This document shows positions 53,370 through 64,000 of a stretch of 64,000 bases of DNA, piece after piece. The notes below the pieces were generated by a model, which was not told the DNA's origin, searched no databases, and saw only the letters and a program-made list of their open reading frames with translations. The first letter of the stretch is position 1. Each line of letters opens with the position of its first letter. The position numbers were made by a program, and so were the translations under genes. Source of the DNA: Convolutriloba macropyga (taxonomy: Eukaryota); NCBI RefSeq assembly GCF_964194025.1, contig NC_134475.1, positions 26,226,001 through 26,290,000 of the forward strand, in the 5' to 3' direction.

Positions 53370-54111
53370 TAAGGGTAATAAGTGTGAAGTTGGGTTAATG
53401 AGTTTTCTCCCATTCGTAATTTGATCAACCTGCTCATTTGGGCACAAAAGAAAAGACACCATATTGTAGTGAATTCCTCTCGATTTTCCTGTAGGGTCAG
53501 TAACAATTCTAATAAAATGATTATAGGTTTCCTGAATTGGGTTAAATATAGAACGATTTCTCGAAAAACGAAGCTAATCTAATTAGGGAAATATACATAT
53601 AATCTGAAACACCAAGTTCTTATCGAATTAGTAATATTTTAAGAAGCATGTTTTGCATCCTGCTCGTTATTTAGATTTTCTCAAGACGACGACAGATTTA
53701 ACGTTAAATTTTCGACAAACTAACTATCTGAAATCTTATGCGTTGGAAAAACATAGCAGACAGATTGCCAAAAACAGCTGCAATATTTTCTTAGATCTGT
53801 AGTCCCAAAAACAACAACGAAAAGAAAACCTACTAAACGCCTAGGAGAAATATCTGATTTTATAGTGCTGTCCTAAAATAATTTAGACTCATGTACAGTA
53901 TATCTGCTCTTAAATTATAGTGAGTTATTCTTATTTGAGTCCCCCTATTCACTCAAGCAAAAAATCAATTAGAGAGAAGAAACATTTTGAGTAAGGCAAC
54001 TCAGGTTTGGCCTAAAAAACGCTCCAGTAAATGTGAAAGTGACGTCACGCACGCAGCTGAAGTCGTAAAAATGAATGAATAAACAGCTTCTAAAAAATTG
54101 GACGACCAAAT

Positions 54112-54179
54112 AAAACCGGGATTCGAACCACTGACCTCCCGATCCACAACCACACGCACAAACCTCTGCGCTACGAATC
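54112..54179 (-). repeat. Degenerate tRNA-derived (SINE-like/pseudo-tRNA) sequence
   Basis: A box TAGCGCAGAGG, D stem GCGC/GTGC, variable loop AGGTC, B box GGTTCGAATCC; acceptor, anticodon and T stems pair poorly. Confidence 0.65.
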
Positions 54180-55572
54180 AATTACCTCTGCTATTCTGCA
54201 ACCGATTTTATATTAGCAGCAAGCTTTAATTCGGCGTGAGAGCAATACAGATCACTCAAAAATGAACAACGAAAGCGTGAAAAGTCACTTGAGAAGTCAA
54301 AGAATGTTCTAGAAGAAAAGCGCAAATTTGTCAAGCGAAAAATTTGCATAAAAAACACACACGTTTACAATAATTGCTATGAACTTCGTTCAAGAGCAAT
54401 TAAAATCATATTAGGACAAGCCCTCAATGAACAAAATTAGACCTAAACAGCACTAACACGATTTAGAAAGAAAACCACTAAAGAACAAAAAAAAATTAAA
54501 AAGTCAAACTATTGCACATGAACAGTAAAATCCATCAATTAGCAAGAAATCGAATTTTAATTTAAACCATCCGTTTTTCACTATAACTAACAATAAATGT
54601 GAAAACACTTCACGTCGCAAAACCACTCACTTTTTTTACTCCGTCTTGTTTCGGCTTGACCACAACCACCACTTCAATTTTGACTTTAAAAGTGTAAACA
54701 TATCCAAAATAGAATAGCCGGAAGAATTTCAAGAACAAAATCCGGAATCTTCTTTGCCGAAAATAGCTTTTCAAATAACTAGCATCTACCAGCAGAATTT
54801 TAAGAAAAAAGTAGTCAAATAAAATTTCATAAAATATACAACTACACATACAAAAGAAAAACGTTCATCATACAATTGATGCAACCAAACAGCTCACGCA
54901 TTATTAGGAGAGCCATAATAAGGTCACAAACTTCTCAAAATTTGAAATTCTTGAAACAAATTAGGAAATTGACCAAAAACTTAAAACAATTTTCTTATTT
55001 TTCCATAACATTTCATTATAAAATTCCAAAAATGTCCATGAGCAATAAATGTTTAGTGAGCTCTTAATATAAACAAGGTATCAAATGGGCAAAAACTGCT
55101 ATAAGAGCCAGAATAAAAGCACAGAATAAAAAGCATTTAACTTATTATAAAACTCGCCTTCAGAATATTTTTTGGAACTTTGTGGTAGACTTATCTTATT
55201 TCAATAGAAACTTTGGAGTGATGCTTCACGTTAAATTAACTCATCATTAATTAATGAATCATTTTTCTAATAAATAATTCGCTTCGAAATGGTGCACAGG
55301 GCCATAGCGGAAAAGGTTTGCTTCGGAGCAGGACCAACAACAGCTGTGCTAAAAACTGCTAAAGACTGATTTTAAAATCCACATAAAAAGCACTTTTGAG
55401 ACGTTACAAGTAGAAAAAAACTTCACAGCACTATCAAAACAAACTTAATATTATTACTTTTATCGGATCAAATCTATTAAACAAGGAAACAAACCGAATA
55501 ACAGCGGACAAAAGGCTTTCGGTGGGGCAAATTATTAAGGGGCTGTAGCCCATATAAATTATTTTTAAGCGC

Positions 55573-55655
55573 AAAAAAAATCCGACTAGGGAAGGATTTG
55601 AACCCCGACCTCTGGGGTCCTCGACAGAATTAAACACCCGGCTGACATGTCCTTG
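55573..55655 (-). repeat. Second, more degenerate tRNA-like copy
   Basis: GAGGTC GGGGTTCAAATCC (B box) then a T8 run; flank 55655-55920 resembles 54190-54480. Confidence 0.45.
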
Positions 55656-56088
55656 TGCTTTGCTATCTTACAACTGCTTGTTTTAACAACAAACTTATTT
55701 TCCCAAAAAAGCGATTTAGATCACGCAAAAAAAGTCAAGCGTGAAAAAGTCACTCGAGAAGTGAAATCGAAAGTGAAAATTGTCTAGAAGACAAGCGCAA
55801 AAACTATCAAGCAAAAATTTGCCAAACTATCAAAAAAACTGCCACAAAACTTCGTTAGAGAGCAATTTGAAATTATTCAACATCAAAAGCAAAAAATCGG
55901 TTGAAAAAGCCGCACGTTAACACAAAATTTCGCTAGCTTTGAAACAACTTTCTCACACCTCAATTTATCGTACTCTCAAATTAACGGTTCGTAAAAACTA
56001 ACCATTCTCCCTTCGCCCTTCTTTAAATTTGTCCAGCAAAAATTTTTAAGCAGTGCCTCTCTTGGTCACCAGTTGTAAGTTATTCTTA

Positions 56089-58293
56089 TTGTTCTGACCC
56101 ACTTTAGTGAGTGAGGAACTACATACTCAACGGGTTTTTTTTGTTCAGTCAATTTTCGCCGATCGATATATTCATCGTAAAAGATTGTAAATAGTATCAT
56201 TGGAAAGCTAGTCAGGTAAAGAATTTCAAATTGAAAAGATATTTTAGAAATTTTGCTTTTCCCGATGAGTTAAGGAGGTTTAAGTTTTGTGAACGTTAAC
56301 CTAACTTCCGTTGTTTTGTTCAAAAATTTCGCAATTAGTAAAATATTGACGATATTCTCATTGGTTTTGTTTAAGTAAAAGGGAGTCGGTGTATTGTTTG
56401 AACTAACTGTTTTGTCTATAATTCCAGCCAGATTCATGAAAATTCAGCAATTTCTCTTCACAAAAATGGCCTCAAATATGCCTATGTGGACAACTTTGTC
56501 CAGTTTGACCGGTAGTGCAGACATGAAAAATGCTGAGACAATCTGCGATTACTCAGACAATAGCTTGTTTTAAACAGATATTAATGTAGTTTTAAAAATG
56601 TACAATTTAGTGTTTAGATTTGATATTATTTTCGTTTGCCAAAAATTATTACAAAATGTTGTAGAACAATCGCGTTTTTTTAGCTGGACAAAGATAGCAA
56701 CGCCAGTTTTGGTCCATCGTTGATTTTCGCAATGAAAAAGAACTTGTATTGTATTTTGGGTTTGTATTTTTTATAATTGTTGCAAATTCGTATCCCAATT
56801 ACCCGCAAGTCAGTTCTCATTTAAAAATTCAATTGATAACAAGTCCCATTTATGTACAAATCAGCTCCAATGAAAAAACTTGTTTTTTTAGTAAAGATAG
56901 TGGCTCTTATGGCTCCAAAAAATCCTTTCCTAAACTTTTAATGGATTCTTTCAGTTTTGCTAGCATTTAATGTTCTTTTTGCAATCCTACGATTAAATTT
57001 AATGCATCAAATGGCTAAATTGGTATTAAGGGAGCTATTAAAGAAACTATCTAGTGCTTTCAGATGAAGCAAAATTCAGCTCTTGCTATATTAACCTTTT
57101 AGTCAATATAGCTATTTCGGTAACATTTGGAGCATTTTTAGTTTATATGGAGATGAAGCAAGAGCAGGACCAGTTTTGGTCCACTTGTGGAATCTAATAG
57201 CTCCTCGGATTGTAATGGCGCGCTGAATATTTTTTTTCATTTATTTGTGCCTTTTTTGTTTTTTTTATGTTAGTTAAAGACTAAAAATATTTCAAATCAA
57301 ACCTCAATTATTTACGTATCAAATTTAAGTGCAATTCAAGACCAATGAGCAAACATGATAATTTATGCGAAAAGCATACGTTTTTTTTTTGCTTCAACAC
57401 CGTTTGCGTAAAATTGTTTGTTAAATTTTGAGTTCTAGCTGTATTCGTTGTCAATTTGTAGTCTTTTAACGTAGTATCACTAACATGTCCAATTGACTTC
57501 CCTAGCAGTAAAAAACAATCTATTCGCCATTTTTTATTTGAAATCTGTTGTCTTGTCTTACGTTTTTGTCTTACGTTTAAAAAAAATTGTTTCAAAATTA
57601 ATTTTTATCTAATTTTTTATCTTACTTCTGCCACCTTTTTGCATAGTCTCAGCAAACAGAGGGGTCTCATCCATTTAAAGTTAATTATAAGGTAGATTTC
57701 CTTGCTTTTTTGATTTTTGCCTTTATTTGATCTTTTCGTAGTTGTATGACATTTTTAATGATGACAGTTCTCAACGGTTTTGTTTGATGTTATAAATCAA
57801 GCCAGTGAATGATTTCAGTTTATAGCTAATGGCTTTCATGACTTTGAATTTAATTGTTTTCAAAAAGTGTCGCATAAGATATTTTCAAAGTTTTCGCTAC
57901 ACTTGTTAATTTGTTATCAATGAAAACAGGTTTATTTCTTTTGTGAAATACAAGTCATTTGGTTTAGTTTAGTTTTACTGTGCTATTTTGACTTTTTTCC
58001 TTGAATAAAAAATAGATGGACAATGAGTTTTGGTCGTAGGTAATGGTTGTTGCTTTATTAGATTTTGTCTTGTCTTTTAGTTTCCTTAATGGCCGCTATC
58101 ATTGGGCCCCTTTAATTTTTATAGTGGTTTGAGCTTGAAGCGATTTTTTAAATGTCTACACCAATTATTTCCGGACAAAAAGCGATTTGTTAAAAGTTTT
58201 CTATCTCTTCGTTTTGTGGACAATTAAGTTAAAAACGTGGTTGGGCGGGGTCGGAACACTATTTGCGAACGCACATTTCTGATCCTCCTCATT
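56089..58293 (+). mobile_element. HINE/DINE-1-like element, copy E
   Basis: TTGTTCTGACCC..GAGGAACTAC core; GGGGTCGGAAC + TGCGAACGCA hairpin at 58247-58275. Confidence 0.75.
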
Positions 58294-58649
58294 GATTAAA
58301 AATACACTCCGCCGCTACTCTTGAGTCGTAAAAAGACTGCACCCAAATACCATTCAAATTCTTTGATTTTAAAAAAAACCAAGAGAAGGCCAATGACAAA
58401 TTCACTCAGCCATCGCTATTGCAGCTATTAACAACCCCAACCAATATTCTGTAGCACTTGCACAGGCTTAAGCCTAGTTTAAGGAGTTTCAGAACAAATT
58501 ATTAATTTAAGCTTTGATTGAATTAATCGTATTTACCGATAGAAGTACTGAAAAAAGGAAACTAAACATAACTCGAACAAGATTAACAAATTTAATTTTC
58601 GCAAAAACTTTGAGCGAACTGCAAAACTTAAATCACAAAAAAAAATTAT

Positions 58650-59137
58650 TTAAACCACAAGCTTCTTGTACAAATCATCAGTAATACCAGAACAACTTTC
58701 GAGTGGCTTGAACTTTTCTATTAGCTCTGAAAACAATTCTTTCCCAATTTTATGCTTAATCAGCTGTAATAGTCTCAATGTGTGTCGCAATACAGACTCC
58801 TTTTTCACTTTTACCAACAGATATGAATTGAAAATGAAATCGCGAAACTTCGAGTCACTTTTAAAGTCTTCAACCATGTTGGCCAATGCGAACATGAACT
58901 GATGCTGAAACATATCCAAATACGGGAGATCAGAATCAGATTCCAAAACACACTTCAGTATTCTAGTCAACGCCAACTTGTTCCTCGCTTTGGCGAGGTG
59001 GCACAGGTATTCTCCAGCTAAGTGTCCCGCTATTTTGCTGTTTTCTATTCCTTCTATAAAGGCAGCCGGGATTTCTGCGTTGTAAACTGAGTCTGGAAGA
59101 AGCTCGCCTTTCTTTGAAGCTTCCAATTTAAGCGCAC
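58650..59137 (-). CDS. NELFB: Negative elongation factor B (COBRA1), terminal exon; upstream exons not found in window
   Basis: HLAKARNKLALTRIL...DMFQHQF...EDF...KKESVLRHTLRLL...DLYKKL parallels the human NELF-B C-terminus (HITKQRNKNALLRLL...KENVHRHALRLL...ELYSQL); TTTTTCAG acceptor. Confidence 0.88.
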
Positions 59138-62100
59138 CTGAAAAATATCAATTCGTATATCAACACATCACGTATGAAAGATACATCAATTTTATCATGA
59201 CCATCAATAAAAGGACGAACACTATTAACAGTTAAGTTCTGATTCAGCTTTAATCCCAAACAGTGACAAACATAGCTGGCGGATTCCCAGGAAATAGCTG
59301 CTATAGTTTCGTACACGACCTGCCCGTCTAAAAATGGAAAAGAAAGAATAAAGGAGCAAATTACAGTAATTAAAATCTCTGAGTGAGAAAAGTAATTTTG
59401 GAGAGTGAGGCAAGTCACATGTGACCAAAAACTTCATCATACAATGAACAAAAAACTCGATCCACTAAGAATCAAAAAATAACATCAGGTACACAATTCA
59501 AAACAAATTGCATGAAACAATAAACAAAAAGCAGAATTGAAGTGAGCGTGTTACGTTAAATGCTCGTAACAAAAATTTGACGACGAAATAAAACTATAGC
59601 AGCATAAGTCCCGAAATACAATCCAAAAAATTGAATAAAAAACTTAGAAATGCTGTTTCTGACCAGCAAATCAATTGAGCAAAACAGCATATCATAAAAC
59701 TTTAAAACCCATAAAATACTTTTACACGGCATGATTCACTTCAACCTTTCAAACAAATGGTATCTCAGTGAATAAAACGTTGGCTAAAAATTGCAGTCAA
59801 TAAATTGCCTGAAATACGCCGCATTGGAAGGCCAATAAGAATTTTTTTTGACAATAAGCGATACGAAAAACACACACTTAAGACCGAAAAATCTTATTTT
59901 AATTTTCGGAAAACAGATATCAGAATCCTTAAAACGACTGCTATGAACTCAAGCGATTAATTAGATTCACCTATTACTTATTATCAACCGATGAAGTCTG
60001 CTATTAATGAGATAAAGTGTAAAACATCAAATAGTACAAGTATAAACAAAACTAAAAAAATTCAGAAATTTTTTTCGAAAACGAACAGCGTATAGCTCAT
60101 AGACAAAAACAGCTAAACTTGGCATCCCTGGCAACCGACTAGACTTGTCAATAAGGAGACCACAAAAAAGACAAATTCGGAAAAAAACTCTTAGACGTCA
60201 AAAATTCGACATTTCCCGAAAACATTGAAAGTCAATGTCATAGAAAGATTAGCTCCGAGCTGAAACAATTACAACGGTGAAAATAGAACATATTGAAAAC
60301 CTACGGGAAATTTCCCGAATGAAAATTAGTAGAAAGACAACAAAAAGTACTATAAATACTCTCAAAACTCAAAAATTCATGAAAATAGTTTGAGAACAAA
60401 TAGAGTAAAAGTTATGAAAATCACTAGCCAGCAACTCCTACACTTAATTAGCTTTATTCATGCCTTATTATCAACCAATCAAGCTGTCAATTATGATACT
60501 AATTGATAAGAAAAATTTTCAGCAGTATTTTCAGACAGCAAATAGTTTCTAAGTGGACAAAAGGATTAGCTGCACGTCGATGAGTTCAATCAACTGCAAA
60601 TAGATGCCATTGGAAAACATGTATAATTTCAATAGCGTTTAAGAGAAAAACACTGAAACAGCAGTCAAATTGCCGCACGTGGAAAAAATTGATTTCAGAC
60701 TTAAAATTTGTTCAAATACCAACTTCTCACTCCACTTTAAAGGTACTTAAAAAGCACGCTTCAAAACTACTTGCCGTTTCGCTCTCATTACTACTCCAAA
60801 GCGATTAAAATCGCCACTCTAACTTGACTTCTCACTGACGAAAAAGCCGAAGAAGGTGTGAACATATCTTAAAACAAGAGAGCACACCAATACAATCCAA
60901 ATACTTTGGATTGTAAAAAGACATAGCACCAACAAAACCCAAATTCTTCGGATTGTTAAAACACCAGAAGTACTTAACTACAATCCTCCAGAGAAAGGAA
61001 AAAGTCGACAAAAAACGTTTGCAAATAATAACTTTTGATGGCCAATAAAACATATGGCGCAGCAGAAATTGGAAAAACATCAGAGCAGAAAAACAATTGG
61101 AAAAAGAGGAACATACAAGCAGAACCAACTAACGTCGGGCGAATTGCTCTCAAACGACAGGCAAGAAGTTGACTTTGTCAGTAGCTAACCACGGTTTATT
61201 GAGCATAGCTTTAGCTAACATGAATGGGCTTGAGGTGAGGGCAGCGGGTGGGGAGCAACGGTGGGAGGGGTATCTTTGGCTGGACCGGGCCCTCACGGCC
61301 TGACAATGTGCAGGGGTGGGGATTGGGAGTGAGGGGGGCTGTTGTGGGGGGGAGGGGGTTGGTTGTTGTGGGTGTTGGGTGGGGGTCAACTTGTAAGAAC
61401 CGCCCCTCACGGCATAAGTATAAGTCTCCAAAACAGTTTCCGTTAATCTTATCCTTGGAGACTAGTGAGCTGAAAAGCTCTAAGAGAACTTAATGCCCGC
61501 TGGGCGCTACCTGTTTATCCCGTTTTTGAGGACGAAAAGTCAAATAGGTCAGACAAAAAATCACTCAAGCAAAAAATTGTTTTAAAAAAAGACTAACAGG
61601 ACTAATATAATTGCTACAAACTTTCTTTGAGAAGAGCAACTAAAAACTTTTATTCCATTTTTTACCTCAAATTAGTTAAGACACTAGTTGAAGAAATCCT
61701 TAAATACATATAATTTGATGTTGAAAAGCACATCGATTCTTTTATAAATTACATTCGGACAAGTAACAAAAATTCCAAAAAACGAAAGGATCATCTAAAA
61801 AAATTCACAATAATTTTTCGCAAACATATGGTGTCTAAGCAAAAAAAATATAGTTGCAAACTAAAGAAAATCAATTCAAATATGAGACTGATTGTCAGGG
61901 CAAACAGAACAACAAATAAGGAGAAAACTCAAACAATGTTTTTTGAGCCACAATCCTGACAAAATGATCAAACACACCCTGCAGATTGCCGCAATAGCTG
62001 TGACACAGATATACTTGCCACAGAATACATATAGATACGAATTCAGAAGTAAGTTGCAAACGTTATCCAACGCCACCTAAAGTGTTTGAGGACATTCAGC

Positions 62101-64000
62101 GATAAATTAACTCCACAGAAGCCTTTTATTAGCGACTTTTAGTACACACATGACTTTCTTGGAATTTAAACAAACTAAAATTAAAATTAATTTTGAAGCG
62201 CAAAAGTAATTTTCTTGAGTGAGGTACGTCAAGTACGATCATAAGCTTATCACATAAATGGCCTAAACATTTTTGCTAGAATGAGAAAACGTCACCCACG
62301 AAAATACAGTCAGTCGGACGAAGAAGCTGCGGAAAATTTGCGGCGTAAAAAAATGCATAACGAAAAAAGCGGCAGACGATAAAAAAATGAAAATTGATTT
62401 TTGTACAAACACATTTTTAAAGTGCAAAATTTTTAAACTCATTTCGTAAATAGAAAAACTCTTGTTTCTAAAAGAGAGGATACAGGGGCTAATATTAATA
62501 CCAATAAGCATTAAAGACGGTAACTAAGAATTATAACAAAGTTTTAGTAGTGCCCATCCGTAAAGGGGCTTTAGGGGTCTATCCTGCTTCTATTATTGAT
62601 TTCGTTTAGATTAATTTTGCCAAGCAACTGCCGTTTAAGAAAACTTTGAATAGAATGAGTGAAGAACGAAAGATGCTTAGACAAGTCCAAAAGATTTCAT
62701 GCAAACGGTCGAAAAAACGGCGAAATGTGGTAAAGCAAAACACATTTTTAATTGGCGGTAACAAGAGCTGGTTGAGAAGACGAGGACTGCTATTAAAAAA
62801 TGAAGACATTACAAAAAGTTCCCCCTGGCCATAATAAAACCAAAATATACCTATCATTTGAAGACTAAGTGTCAACACGAAACACCAACAAATACGGTCA
62901 AAATGAAAAAAAAACATAGCCGTCAGATTGACGGGAAATAGCCAACGTTGACGCGCTGGATGCACATCGGGATTGAAACAGAAAAAAGAGAAGAAGAGAT
63001 AATTGACCGAATTTGTTTGTCTTTTTTCAGTGTCAAAAAGTGTGCTAATTTGGCGTGCAGTTTCAGTTAAATTTTAAAATTATATTTAATTCAGCTTCTA
63101 AATTGAAAGCTAATAAGCTAAATACCAATGTCAGCTAGCAAACACTAACAATTTTGATAACCTATTTCTCAATGACCTAATGACCGAGCTTTATCGGTTT
63201 ATACAGTTTCTTTTGACATTGATCTTCTGACTTTGGCAGAATTCATCACATTGCGTAATTGACAGTTCAAACAGTGAGTGAAGTAAGTCAGAGGTCAAGC
63301 CTGACTTATGTTAAACGAAAAACGTGATCAAAGGGTAAAGCGAATTTGAAAAAGGGAGCGCCTAAATAATAGCCGTTGAGAGGCTGACGGCGGGCGGCTA
63401 TTGAAAAATAATTCATGACAAAAATTGTTAAAGTTAAAAACCATAAGCTATTAAAAACATTCATTCATTTTTATATAGTGATGAAGTCATAAAAATAAAA
63501 ATTATCAACTGTAAACATAAATTATGTTTCTTTATGTCGCAATAAAAAACGCAATGGGTCCTCTCATCATTGAGACTAAGCAAGAAGACAACAAAAGTAC
63601 AATACATACCAAATAGAGGCCACAGTTCACAAACATTTCATGAAATTCCGTCGTCATAAAGTCATAACGACCATATGCAATCAACTCAATGCATTAAATA
63701 GGATTGCTTATGCCTCATCAGAAACTCTATCTAAAGTATCATTCGACATAGCTCGCAGATTGTCAGACAATAGCTGCGATAGCTTCGTAGACGTGCGGTA
63801 TAAAAATAATAATGAAAATGAAGAAAAGAAAAATTTTGTCTATTTTTTTTAACTAATTGTTCAGATTTCGTATTTTTGTTTAGAAGAAATTGTATGTTTT
63901 GTCACTCTTAGCTACCCTCAAATGACTTTCAATTAGAGTGACATATACTCAGTTGACCATATCTCGTTCACTTAAATTGGTCAAAATCAATTAGAGAAGG

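Noticed and set aside
54112-54179. Functional tRNA-His(GTG) gene
   Set aside because: Acceptor, anticodon and T stems do not pair properly
32578-59137. Operon of co-oriented NELFB-PARPBP-cytochrome b561
   Set aside because: Intergenic gaps of 5-8 kb are filled with TEs; no evidence of trans-splicing or a functional link
59200-59330. Candidate penultimate NELFB exon
   Set aside because: No convincing NELF-B similarity, and the sequence matches dispersed repeat copies at about 61980 and 63755

Overview
AT-rich, repeat-dense eukaryotic (invertebrate animal) scaffold with two N-gaps (about 209-408 and 12212-12378); most short ORFs in the track are noise. Spliced genes I could reconstruct by hand: (1) a 4-exon + strand gene (15865-25684) for a 213-aa single-pass protein with 6 extracellular Cys and three PPSY motifs (Shisa-like/STMC6 type); (2) a 3-exon - strand cytochrome b561 gene (41544-32578); (3) a 2-exon - strand PARPBP/PARI gene (about 53369-49961); (4) the last exon of NELF-B/COBRA1 (59137-58650, - strand); (5) an isolated PDZ-domain exon (12059-11969, - strand). 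Mobile DNA: a degenerate BEL/Pao LTR retrotransposon lacking RT/RNase H (2712-7580) and a full-length but pseudogenised Ty3/Gypsy element with a CTAAC target-site duplication inside cytochrome b561 intron 2 (33188-38032). There are also five copies of a 2-2.5 kb non-coding family with Helentron/DINE-1 (HINE) architecture, MITE-like elements built from 32-bp TCTGATCAGA units, and degenerate tRNA-like sequences in a duplicated unit. No CRISPR or prokaryotic system is present. All homology calls are from recognition of motifs, not from database searches.
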